Source of the DNA: Oculina patagonica
Lineage: Eukaryota
Length of the DNA stretch: 64,000 nucleotides
Direction: 5' to 3'
Assembly: GCF_052425735.1 (NCBI RefSeq)
Contig: NC_135763.1
Location: 5,518,001-5,582,000 of the forward strand
The first letter of the stretch is position 1; every line of letters begins with the position of its first letter. Below, piece by piece: positions 37,201 through 49,211 of this stretch. A model generated the notes under the pieces. That model was not told where the DNA came from. It ran no database searches and saw only the letters and a list, made by a program, of their open reading frames with translations. Both the position numbers and the translations under genes were made by a program.

Positions 37201-40200
37201 TGCGTTCTGTTGAAATAAAATTCTTCTGCTACATCCTCTGTTAATTCTTCGTATTACGATTAACATTAGAAACGAAAAGTTGACCTCTCTTGAAATGTTG
37301 TGCTCAGGAAGACGTGAAATGGGAAATAATAAACTATATCTCATGTTGAAGTAGTTAGCATTGATTCAGCACTATTGTTATAGGCAAAACTAGTACAAAA
37401 GTTTGTTGGTGCCCGAAGTGTCAAATGCAAACGTCAATAAAGCTCTATAAATAGCTTTACGTGGAGGAATTTGTTTCTTTATTTCCTGTACAACTCGAGA
37501 CTTGAACCAACTTTAGCATACTTTTTTTAACTATAAATATTAAAATCTTCATAAATACCACTCTCCGTTTATCATACTCTGACAAGCTAGGACAATAAGG
37601 TTGGAGAGATGAGAGTGCCCAGTAGACTTCGCTATAAAATCATATTCATTACGAATTGAAAATTCGAGGACATCGCATATTTTTGTTTCTTTAATTTTAC
37701 AGGGCAGTCTGACGCTGTGAAAGAAGATTTTATTCAAAGTTATCAAGGTATGATCAAAGACATTATATATCTTCGAGCTTTTGAGAGCTGAAGACAGCGT
37801 GGCCTAGTGGTAGGGCGTTGGAATTGTAATCCGGAGGTTCCGGGTTCAAATCCACCTCCCTGCGCGCCACTAGTTGGATTTGTGTTTGGTGGTCCCAAAT
37901 TCAAATTATGCGCGCTTTGTAAATAGCCAGCTGGTCAGCCTACTGCCAGCTGGGATTTTTAACTAGTTTATGTTTGATTTATAATATTTGTTTAATTAAT
38001 TACAGGGTTCCCAATTAGCAAAGTCGTGCTTAATACATTGACTCTTAAATAAAGTTATTTATTTAACTGATAGCTTGATTATCCGTCAATTTCTTGTAGG
38101 ACCAGCGAAGGTAGTATTTTTATTGGATGGCTCAGGCAACATAGGCTCCAAGGAAATTCAGTCTTATAAACTGTTTGTCAAGGATGTGTATGAAAACTTA
38201 AAAATCCCCCCAGGTGGCATTACTTTCGGACTTCTGGAATGCGGCAGTACGCATTACACCCAAAAACGAGTCCTGACAAGAACATTTCAGAGCACAAACA
38301 TGCTTGACCTTACACTGGACAAAATTGTGCCTACAAATGGAAGTTGTGAGTTGGGACATTCCCTTAAAATGATGAATATGAAAATATTCAAGAAATTGCC
38401 AGGTGGTGCTCCAAAAGCATTGGTTGTAGTTTTGGCAGGAAAATCGGCTGACGACGCTACTAACGAAGCGGAGGAACTTAACAAAAAAGGCGTGAGAATT
38501 GTGGCTTTCGGTGCCGGTGGTCAGGCTGATATGAGACAGCTAGTCGGAATTGCTGATTCGCCACTTTACGCTTTCAAGGTTCCCATGTTTAAGTATTTGC
38601 CTTCGATGTCCAGTACGGTGGTTGGATTTATTAACGAAGGTAATTATAAGTCGATCAACTACGCACTTGTTTTATTTTATTTCTTTCTCTAATATTAAGA
38701 AACGTTCATTTGATTCAATAATTTCATGTAGCTACACCGAAATCAAAGTTGCCCTCTTTATTTTGTATATCTTCCTTATGAGGGTTAACAATTGGTCCGC
38801 TAAGCGATGGCACGTGTGCGAAACGTCACCAATCAGCCTTGAAAGAATCGAATTGTCAAATTGTTACAACTCGCACGTCAAAAAACGTGAATTTGCATGG
38901 CGATACCAAATTGAATATAACCGTTTACCGTTTGGGTCACTTAGCTACTGTGAATCGATAACGCAACCTTCTGAATTACAAATGTATTACTATTTCATGC
39001 TCCTGCTCCATTCTGACCTTTGTTTCCCACTTCTACTTTTTCATTTAGTCCCAGTCTTCTTGTTCTCTCTCATTTTTCCTTTCATAAATTGTATAGTGAC
39101 TGAACCTAATTTCTTCAACAACAAAGTGGCTCCGTCGGATCCTCCTGGATTTTCCAGCGAAGAAAAACAGACTGCCTATCATGATGGACTTGAAAACACT
39201 GATTCCTCAGACATCGATGAATCCCCCAACAACGATGATGATTTACTACAAAGTCTTCCTCCAATTCTCGATGAGTTGGAGGGGCATGAACCAGGTACTT
39301 TATAAAAATTGCATGTACTTTGCAAGAACGAACTAGAACTTTTAGAACATCAAGGCTTTTTTTTTGTGAAGCCGGCTAATATATCTACATCTACATTTAA
39401 TATGTCGGTAAAAAGTCCATACGGATATCACACCAACGTCTAAAAATAATTAAAAATACAATATGTACATATATAATAACTGAAAAATTCTAAATTAATT
39501 CTAAAAATCTAAAAATTCTAAAATTATATGGGTAAATCACTAAATTAATAAAAATGCTCGCGCAGTCCAGACTGGAAAGACGTAAGAGAGTCGGACTCAA
39601 CAATCGACGCAGGATGTGCATTCCACTCTCTTATGGTCCTCGGAAAATACGAGTAAAAATACTCATTTTTCGTCGCTCTATATTGCGTATATTTGACTAA
39701 TTATGGCTGCCGCCAGTTCTGGATTCATTATGTCTACTAAGATAGGAGTCAACATTTATATCTACAAGGTCGTGACTCATTTTATATAGTAATGTAAGTC
39801 GGAAAGATTTTCTTCGTTGTTCCAATGTTTGCCAGCCCAACTCCTGGATCATAATGTTCCACTAGAGATTGAACGTTGGCATATATGTCACAAAATAAAT
39901 ATGGGATATAAGAGAGCAAAATTCTTGCAATCGACTGATTTCCGTAAACTCACAATTGATACAAACGTCAAAAATCTCCTATTCAATATGTAGATTTAAC
40001 CGCTCGACATATTGCCATTAAGAAAATACAAATAAGCACGATCGACTCATTCTTACCTTCAATTTTTGTTTTTGATTGAAGAGTGCTGAGATATACAAGC
40101 AAATCTTGAAATATCAAGTTACAATATAAATATCTACCACATTCCTATTATGATTAGGATAAAAGCAATGTAAATATGTAGTAAATAAACCCCTTTAGGC

Positions 40201-43200
40201 GGCTGGTATATTGGAGGATAATGCCCGAGGCTGAAAGATTGTCGAAAAATGAACAGTTGGCCGAGAAGCGAAGCTTCGAGGGAAAATGTGAAATTTTGAG
40301 GACAATCTTTCAGTCAAGGGCATTATCCACCAATATACCAGCAAGCCAGAAAGGGTTTTTTTATAACCCTCCAATTAATTTTTACAACGCGCTTTATTGC
40401 CAGTAAATCTATAGGTAAAAACCTACGTAATAAACCTGGAGTAACTGTGGTTGAAACAGATGTAAGTTGATTGGTTTACGTGATTTTTTAACTCTGTGAT
40501 TTCATTAACAGTTAGAATTGAATAAGGTGACTTCATTCGTTTGTTTTGGGCTTGCCTACAAAATCGGGCGACGGATATCAAATCGGACGGGGTATTTTCA
40601 CTGATACCCATCGTCTGGTTTTGTACCACGTGATGCGTTTGGTCTAATGAGCGCGGGGTATTTTCACTGATACCCGTCGTCTGGTTTTGTACCACGTGAT
40701 GCGTTTGGTCTAATGAGCGCGGGCAAACATTAATGGGTGGGTTATAAGTTATGATACAAGTGAAACAATCCTTTGATATAAATCCTACCTTTAGGTAAGT
40801 TGTTGCATAAATGCATCTTTTAAAATTCCAATTCACTTGTATCTATAGATTCTTGGATATCTGCACTGGAAAGTGATATTGGGAATCAAGATAATTCTCG
40901 CCCGGACCATAACATGCGTCCTTCTCAAACCCCACCATCTACAGGTGTCTATGGCGCACGTCCGACACAGCCATATGTAGGTGAGCCAGATGCTGCCACG
41001 CAAAATGATTGGAGTTTTACAGGATCTAAAGCATCTCCCACAACACGGACAGGGGAAAATTATTTTCATGATGTCAATAGTATGGAAGACAATACACAAA
41101 GCGTGCAAGGTAACACTTTATCAAATAATCAAGGAAAGGTTTATCCGACTCCTCATAAAAGCAGTTCTGAAGGTCCTGTACCTTCCGTTCAAAGTGGTGG
41201 CAGCCCGAACAGCAACAGCAACGGTAATAGCAACGGAAACAGTAACAACAACGGAAACGGCAACGGCAACGGAAACAGTATCGGAAACGGCAACGGCAAC
41301 GGAAACGGAAACGGAAACGGCAACAGCAACGGAAACGGAAACGTCAACGGCAACAGCAACAGAAACGGAAACGTCAACGGCAACGGCAACAGTAACAGCA
41401 ACGGCAATGGCAACAGCAACGGAAACGAAAACGTCAATGGCAACAGCAACGGAAACGGAAACGTCAATGGCAACAGCAACAGAAACGCCAATAGCAACGG
41501 CAACAGCAACGGCAACGGCAATCCTGCTGCTCAAACTACTGGCACAAATGGAGCGATAAGCCCAGCTACTGCAACCGGTCTAGTTCAAGTCGGTGGTATC
41601 CAAGGGGCAGTCTCACAACCGGCTGGTGGTGCTGGAAACACTAATAGTCCAGGAACCAACGGAAACAGCGGGGCAGGAACTATTGGGAGTACAATTGGAG
41701 GACCTACAAACCCAGGTCAACCGGCTGGTAAGAAACCGCAGAACATTTTATAAAAGCTAGCGTTAAATTAGAATATTTTGACACATTTCGAATGTATTGG
41801 TGCTTCCAAATTTTTAAATAAGATATTGTATTAGTTTTGCTTACCTAGGGATAAGGCCCCCAGCAATCTGGCAACCAGGTTGATTATGCTGTTGCGTTTT
41901 TCCCAGGAGAACGTGGGGGCTAGGAACCCATGCCAGGGAGAGGATTATGATCCAAACCCCTAGTTGACCTTTGTTACCCTGCGTCTTTTTTCTCTTGGCA
42001 ACTCAAGCACTTTATCCCCTACACCTTTTCTCCTATAGACCTTGTTGTTGCTGACTCGTCCCCAGTCGTCTTTGAGTCCGTCTGGAGTCGACTGCTGAAC
42101 ATGGAGGGAAACATGGGAAGGAAGAGATTAGATTACATGGGTTGGGAGCGTTAATCATATGTTTTTGTCCCAATAGGCCCTGTGCAAGTGGTGCAAACGC
42201 AATTACTACCCATTCCAGTTCTTCCAATTCAGACTATTCCCATCCAAGCATTATCTCCTGTACAGTCGCCTGCCGGGCAAAATCAACAACCGCCAGTAGC
42301 AAATCAATCCATAACCCCAGAGGGAAATAATAACCAAACTGATAGCAAAAACCAAGCTGGAGGGAAAGGAGGAAACAGTCAGAATCCGACTGCACCGGTC
42401 AGCACTTTAGCTCCCACGAAAGGTAACCAGGAAGAAGCAAGCGGAAAAGTGCAAGAGGCGCCTGTTAACCCAACAACCCAGCAAAGTAATACTAAATTAC
42501 CAATTTCTGTCAGTAATGTCACTCCCAAACCCGCGACAAATAAACCGTCACCACTCACATCTTCAGCTCCAGGGCGTCCATCGGTAGGCAGTGGTATGCC
42601 AAACTCAGGCAAATCGAGCAAACCGAAAAAAGGTAAGAACAGTCCTTCAACGCCATCCCCTGGAAAATCAGGACCTATTACTGCAACAGCAGTTTCTCCA
42701 AAAAAAGAAAATACGTCTAGAAAACCGGATGGATCTAAAAACAAACCAACCTCTGATCCTGCTGAGGCAGGTGGTGCGACTTCTGGCAATGCTAAATCAC
42801 AGAAACCAAATGGAGCAGTTACGAACCCAACCCAGCAACCACCGATCGTGCTATGCCAGATTATATGTGGATCTAAATGTTGTCCTCCTACATCTAAACC
42901 AACAACGAAAAAATCAACAATACCGACATCAAAGACAACCGTTCCAACAACTGTCACCAAATCGACGTCACCAAAACCAACAACAGAGCCATTACCCCAG
43001 GTGATTGGAGCACCACCTGTTCCATTACCCTACCCCCACCATCAAGGATCGTTTCCACACGGTGCTCTTTCTGTTCCTCATGAGCCTCTTCCTTTTCCTC
43101 TTCCATTGCCTATGTTTATGACTCTTCCACCTGCAACACCCTCTCCACAAGTCAGTTTACATCATGGAAGCCAAGGACATGTTTCCTCATCTCTTCCATT

Positions 43201-44705
43201 GTCAATGGATATGGCTGTTCCCACAGCAACAGCCTCTATGGAAGACGATTTACCCCATGGAAGCCAAGGGGAAGTTTCTTCGTCTCTTCCATTGCCAATG
43301 GAGGCAGCAGCCACACCGGAAATCAACTTACATCATGGAAGCCAATATCCCGTTTTTCATGGTAAGAACTGAACAGTACTGATAATTAACAATGGTATGC
43401 ATATTTACTCTCGCTTTAATCGCGTACTGTTTTCGCTGTTCAAACATACAATTTCGATCGTTAGCTACTTTAAACAATCCTTTTATGCTAAGTCAAATTT
43501 TCGTTTGTTTTCGGGCCTGTAGCCTTAGGTTTGTTTTGCCGGGATATATACATCTTATCGAAGTCGCTTTTTAATGCGTTGATCATTCAGTGATTAAGTC
43601 GGTCAGTTGGCCAGTCTTCAGTCGGTTGGAAGCACTCAGATCGTTCGGTGGGTGGGTGGATCAGGGAGAATGTTTCATTTTTAACTCGGAAAAGAGTTGT
43701 AGTGGGCGAAGTGAATTCACTCCTTCACTCCTTCACTCCTTCACTCCCTCACTCCTTCACTCGTTTCCTGTTAGACATAGGCACGCAATGCGTGCAAGTG
43801 TTTTAAGGCCTCTAGAGAATTAGACCTTTTCTCTGATACCTACATTTCTTGTTAAATTACATAAAATTAACATGCTTTGTCACCAATCGAAATATTGTAT
43901 TCGTGTCAGTTTTCTTGAAATAACATTATGATATTTATTCAGCTATAAGCTGAGACCGTAAACCTTTGGTTTTTGAAAACCAGTTGGAAAAAACTAACCC
44001 AAAACACTCCGCTAAAGATGAATTTATTTCAGTACGATTTGGTGAAAAAAAAATCGCTCGACTTATAGCCAATGATATTATTATTATAATTTGTATTAGC
44101 AAACCTTTATTTGTCAGTTTGCTGTTTTCGATTCTTGTTTCATAATAACTTTTCCGAGTTTAGTGGCTTATAGCCACTTTTAGTTATTTTAAATAATGTG
44201 ATTGCAATGTTATGTTTTTAGGACAGTGCGAGGACATGCACCCTGACTGCGGTTCATTCGTCATGAGTGGTTTGTGTGAGCAACCCAGTCCTTTTCAAGA
44301 TATATTTAATGTGCTGGAGTTCTGCAGGCGATCCTGTGGTGCCTGTAACAAGTAAGTATATAAGAAAACAATCGTTAAAGCAAAACACGGTTTTTTACTT
44401 TAAGTATAATAAAAAGACAGTTGAGCAAGCAAGCAAGTAAACGTGGAAAAAATGTGTCATGGATGAATGAGCGAGCTAACGCAGGAATGAAACTCAATAT
44501 TTACACACGCAAAGTAAAAAAAAATAGTTTATAATTTTGTTTTGTCATTTTATCTCTCCTAAGTTCAATCAAAAATGATAAGGATATTACAGATGGCTTA
44601 CAACACAAAGACAAGAAGCCTGAAGATATTGGATTCCCTGAGTACAGCAAGAAATTTCTTAAACGTCAAGTGCGTGGAATTCAAACAACTCAAGAAACAC
44701 GTTAA
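34220..44705 (+). CDS. Gene D: secreted 2xVWA + acidic linker + Gly-Asn repeat + mucin-like/His-repeat + ShKT protein, about 1318 aa
   Basis: Exons 34220-34307 (MKVVIILLLIFTTSLEVKA signal peptide), 35802-36047, 36630-37178 (VWA), 38100-38639 (VWA), 39097-39294, 40849-41727, 42177-43361, 44222-44351 (ShKT), 44564-44705 (TAA); total 3957 nt, frame-consistent; AATAAA near 45083. Confidence 0.85.
35230..35470 (+). mobile_element. Degenerate SINE family 1 copy
   Basis: gggaggcgtggtgacctaat...ggattcgagccctggc...gtgcctctctcc...taaatgggtagcggc. Confidence 0.8.
36630..37178 (+). CDS. Gene D VWA exon 1
   Basis: ttcag| VCRPSVDLAFVIDGCG...TRVGVILYS...VPKVLVVITA...DLCL g|gtaaga; 549 nt. Confidence 0.9.
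37792..38064 (+). mobile_element. tRNA-derived SINE, family 2
   Basis: gacagcgtggcctagtggtagggcg (A box), gggttcaaatcc (B box), distinct core tgtaaatagccagctggtcagcctactgccagctgggatt, AT-rich tail. Confidence 0.75.
38100..38639 (+). CDS. Gene D VWA exon 2
   Basis: tgtag| GPAKVVFLLDGSGNIG...ALVVVLAGKSADD...FINE g|gtaatt; 540 nt. Confidence 0.9.
39382..39875 (-). mobile_element. 5'-truncated LINE (CR1/L2-group-like) ORF2 C-terminus, 3'UTR and short tandem tail
   Basis: Minus-strand translation IQELGWQTLEQRRKSFRLTLLYK...FYSYFPRTIREWNAHP (one frameshift/stop); tail atgtagatgtagat. Confidence 0.8.
40180..40750. mobile_element. Non-autonomous element with terminal hairpin and internal 66-bp duplication
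   Basis: Hairpin about 40185-40362 centred on gaagcgaagcttc; two 66-bp copies at 40589-40722. Confidence 0.7.
40849..41727 (+). CDS. Gene D exon containing the Gly-Asn/Asn-Ser repeat
   Basis: tatag| DSWISALE...NSNSNGNSNGNSNNNGNGNGNG...GQPA g|gtaaga; 879 nt, phase 1-1. Confidence 0.85.
42177..43361 (+). CDS. Gene D Pro/Thr/Ser/Lys-rich (mucin-like) exon with CQIICGSKCC motif and HGSQ repeats
   Basis: aatag| GPVQVVQT...YPVFH g|gtaaga; 1185 nt, phase 1-1. Confidence 0.85.
44222..44351 (+). CDS. Gene D ShKT-domain exon
   Basis: tttag| GQCEDMHPDCGSFVMSGLCEQPSPFQDIFNVLEFCRRSCGACN aa|gtaagt; 130 nt; not in ORF track. Confidence 0.9.
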
Positions 44706-46118
44706 TAACTGTTTGTGGATACACATATAACCACGCAATGACACGACTTAAGTTTTATTCGAGTGTTAAAAAGTCTGAAAGTTTTGTTTCTCTATTTCAG
44801 CCATAAAAGTACCGGTATGGCCTATCACAACATATCCATAAATGAATCTGCCCTATAGTATCTTTATCAGTTGTCATAGCTATCAATTCAATATTGTTCT
44901 ATTTTCCACCTTACAACGCTAAAACTATTCAACGCTTTTTTTTCTCCTTTTTATACCTAAGTATTGGTTTGTATGAAAATATCATTTATCTCGTAATTCT
45001 AGTATGAAACATTACTTTTTGTTTCAGAAGTCTAAGCGTAGTATTTTGTTTTTCAGTATTTTTAGCTTTTTAAAATGTTAATAATAAAAAAGCTGAAATG
45101 CATCCCCAAGATTGCCTAGAGCCAGATCTACAATTAAATGTCTGATATCACGATTTTATTGCATAGTTGTCGTTCCACCGGCCGTTAACACATGCAAAAT
45201 GTGCGACGCTCGCACTCGAGCAGTCCCAAATAGTTTCACTCCGAGACCGGACCGCACTAGCTCTGTTTATTCCGAGGCATTCCTTTTTATGAGCGTAATT
45301 GACATAGACTCGCACCGTTTTTTTACGCACTGCTATATCTTCAAAGAAAAGTGCCGACCCCCCCCCCCCCCCCCCCCTCTCCCTGTTCCAAGTGAATAAA
45401 AAGCTTTTTCGGCCCAATTTTGGAATTAACCCATTTTGAACCGCTTTGTTGTAAAATTGACAGCCCAATCGAGTAGCCAAAACATGGAATCATTTGATTT
45501 GAATATACAGTCGAACCACCACTACAGGCCAGCACTCCAAAATACGAGTGGCGGTTGTAAAGAGGTTCAAAACTAGTGTGATAAGTTCATCGAGTGATGT
45601 CTCACGATCTCAAAGCCAAAGTGAGCCGGGAGATGTTCACAAATCTCCAGAAGTTTATAATTTTCGGATACCTTCGTTATTTTCTGCGGTCAGGCGGGTC
45701 ATCTTTGGCATCCTTAAGTTTTCTTAAAAGAACATTAGGGGATGAACGCTGAACGCTGAACATGAACGCTGAACAAAATTTAACGAAAGGTCGATATCTA
45801 AACAAATCAGTATTCAGTAATTTGGGGCTCTAGGTTGTAAGATCGGTTACTTCAGCAGGCGCAATGGCAAGTTTCTTAATGGTAACCAGTAACAACGGTT
45901 ATCCATAATTGAACATTTTCTTATGTTAACTGTGGTTGGAAGAGTTACTGGGTCACCTTCATATTTGCAAATAAACAGGTCATGACAACACTGGAAACTG
46001 ATATTTTTTTTCTTCAGTTAGATCCTTGGCAACTTCTTGTAAAATTTAAAAACGTGACTGTTAGTCGCATTGAAACGCGATCGATAATGCCACAAGCTGG
46101 ATGAATTACTTCTCAACG

Positions 46119-48672
46119 ATGCAGCGTTTAACGTTTTATAGACTATCCTTTTTTGTTTGTTTGTTGTTTATTCTCGTCATTCTTCCACTGGAGGCCAAAC
46201 CCAGGAAGATTTATTTGAAAGCAAGAAAAGGTGCGTTCAGAAGTCTCATTTAATTATAGATATAATGGATTATGGCTTTTTCTTGGGAGATTTGATGTTA
46301 ATCACCTAGTCCCAAAGTCAAATATTTCACACCTTAACTTATAATTCATGTGGTTTTCACTACACCCCTCATTTAAAGAAACGCGTTTGGTTAATAAGTC
46401 AGCACAAGAACTCATTGACGCGAGTCTTAAGCGGCAATCGCAATTAGTTAAATTAATATATAAACGTTAAAAATGGGAATTCTTTGAGCTAAAGTCCTAT
46501 ATTTTATTCTAATATTTTGTTTTGCTGACAACAATTTCTGATCATTACTGTAATCGGGTTTTCATATAATTTTATTTTAACGCAAGATTACGCAGAAGAG
46601 AAGGCAGACTGTCGTTGAAACAAATTTGCTACTTATTCAGTATCACTTTTTAGGGTCGGCCAGGAGTTTTAGGTAAACGGTACACAAGGGGATTTTAAAT
46701 TGGATATACATTATTTACGCTAAAATTATTCCTTTCATGTGTATTTATTGCATATATTTGAGGGGAAATTTTGGGTATACTGGGTGCATATGTTCAGGTA
46801 TATTGGTATACCACTTACCCCCCCCCCCCCCCGGACAACCCTGGCATGACTGGAAATGTTTATTTGTTAATGGTATATACCGTGCGCAAATAGTATCAAC
46901 ATGCGTTTGGTTAAAATGATTCAGATTTTGCTGTCACAAAATTCTCCTCACCAACGGAACAAACTCTACAATCTGTTACCATGCTTATCCTGCTCAAATA
47001 GAATTGATAAATGCTTGCATTTAAATCGCTCTCAGCTGATGATTTCCCATGTAGAAAATGCTCTTTATTATAACAGACCAATAGCATCAAAACTCGGGCT
47101 TGAGACCGACTGGGTACACCTAAGCCAAAGTTAGGGTCTATTTCAGCTAGAATAAATTTTATGTTAAAAGTAAATGTCATGCAATGATATATGGCATCAC
47201 AGGGAATTTGTGTCGTTTAAAGAACCAATAGTTACACCATAACTTTATTTTCAAGGTTCCTGTAAAGACTATGATCCTCGATGTCCCTCCTTGGTTAGGG
47301 CAGGCTGGTGTGACTATCCGCTCTCCTTCAGTGCAGATATCAACATTAGGGATTACTGCATGGCTTCCTGTGGGTTTTGCAACAAGTGAGTAAAACAAAT
47401 TTATAGTCCATAGCTATAATTAATTATAACATAGCGCGCGCGCAAGCCCTATCTAATTCCTGTTGAGCGATTATGGTATAAATCTTTATCTATGCACGGC
47501 CGTGCGTATATAAGATGACGTGTGCATTTGCATTTTAGCTAAGTCGAGTTTTATAGCTGCGAGTTCCCTTTGTCTACTCCGAGTTGGCTTTAACCTCTCG
47601 TATCCAGTAAGGGCGAATGGAAAATTGTTATATTTTAAAATTCTTGGACATTTCCTTTCGACTTAAACGAAGTGATAGTCAAAGAGGCGGGAAAATCTGT
47701 GCCACGGTGTTCACTTCTTGAGTTGAATGAACCCGCGAGGAGAGCGAACAAGAGAGTTTTCTGTCGAAGATTTCTTCAAACAATCTCCTCCAAAGTCGTC
47801 TATACGCCCTGGAAAATTGTGAAAACAGTAAATTTCCGAAGATCCGAAGCAGTATATTTTCTGGAGGTTATACGCCTTGTACAAGTCGAACAAAGCAAGC
47901 GTTTACATTGTACTTGTTTACGGCTCCACGGCTGTCATGAAGACTACTATATTATGCTGAAACTGAAGCGAAATTAAGCTCAAAGTGTTTCCAACAAGTT
48001 TTTACTTGACGTAGAAGGACAAGACCAAGATTCAAAGGTACAAACTTTAATATTTACGAAAGTGTCGAGCCTAATTTTATGTCGTACACTCTGAGTCTCT
48101 GACTGAACAAAATTTAGTTGTCAGTTTTCCGGTCATCCCGTACTAAATTATTTGCTGCTTTTCATCTTCATTCAGTCGCTCTTTTTGTACATTTACAAGT
48201 ATCTTTAATTAAACATTTCGCATCAATCCTTTTGTTTTGCGTAGTTGAGTTAACTATAACATTTTTGTGGTTTTAAGGAAGGCCGATTGCTGTATTTCTT
48301 GTGTTTCAAAACTCGACAAATTTGCTATTTTTAACCAAGTTTGTAGTCGTTATGTTATAAAAGAATTGGTTCATGCTTTTAGCTGTGCGTATATCGAGTT
48401 ATGGATGCACTTGGGAAGTTTGGAGAGCACTCAAGAAGCTAGAGTTGCTCTCGGCTTTCGCCTCGAGCAACTCTTACGCTTCCTTCGTGCTCTCCAAACT
48501 TCCCGCGTGCATCCATAACTCGATATACGCACGCTAAGCATGAACCAATTCTTAAGTGGCCAGAGCAAATTTGATGCAACAAAATGCATGTGCTTATTTC
48601 TCCTCTAGTTTCCAGAGGGACGAAAATATCAATGGGTCTTACAAGAAGACAAAGGATACTAAAGACAATTGA
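46119..48672 (+). CDS. Gene E: small secreted ShKT precursor, about 126 aa
   Basis: Exons 46119-46230 (MQRLTFYRLSFFVCLLFILVILPLEAKPRKIYLKARK g|gtgcgt), 47055-47129, 47256-47385 (ShKT), 48609-48672 (FQRDENINGSYKKTKDTKDN*); 381 nt, frame-consistent. Confidence 0.75.
47256..47385 (+). CDS. Gene E ShKT-domain exon
   Basis: tcaag| SSCKDYDPRCPSLVRAGWCDYPLSFSADINIRDYCMASCGFCN aa|gtgagt; 130 nt. Confidence 0.9.
48362..48553. mobile_element. Foldback hairpin related to 22448-22636
   Basis: agaattggttcatgctt...gagttatggatgcac / gtgcatccataactc...agcatgaaccaattct. Confidence 0.8.
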
Positions 48673-49211
48673 TTTCCAGAATACAACCAAAAGTTTATTA
48701 AACGACAATTTGCTTAATGAGATCTCAATAAGTTGAATAATACACCTGTCATACTGCAATGCAGACAAGGATGAGCCTGGAACAGTGACTCATAAGACAG
48801 CAGCTATTTGCATGCTCATGACGTGACAAATTACCTTCGCAATGTGTTTAACGTTTCGTTATTGGACAATAAGATTTCTGCAGAACATAATATAAAATTG
48901 GCGGTATTTGTATCAACTTGTGCACAACAGAAACTTCCCAAATGGTTAAATGTTCACACCTTTGCTCTTGGAAAGCCATTATAATAGCGGAGGAAAGTTG
49001 ACGCAAAAAGTGATTTATGATTTTCTAAGATAAAGTAGTCGAGTGTCTCTGTAAGTTTATTCCTGCACTCGTTACTAGACAAATAGCTAGAGAACTGTTA
49101 AATCTGATTTATTTGAATAAAAACATTTTGAATAGTTAATTCTATAAAAAAAAAAAAAAAAAAAAAACTTAAAAAAAGGTATTTATACGGAGAAAGGCAC
49201 ACCAGAAATAA

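Noticed and set aside
38550-39096. Hydrophobic, TM-like part of the 251-aa ORF 38550-39305
   Set aside because: Intronic polypyrimidine tract; only 39097-39294 is bounded by splice sites.
40981-41559. Thr-Ala/Thr-Glu antifreeze-like ORF and the antisense VAVAV / PLPLL ORFs
   Set aside because: Alternative frames of the Gly-Asn repeat; only the GN frame fits the phase-1 splice sites and flanking sequence.
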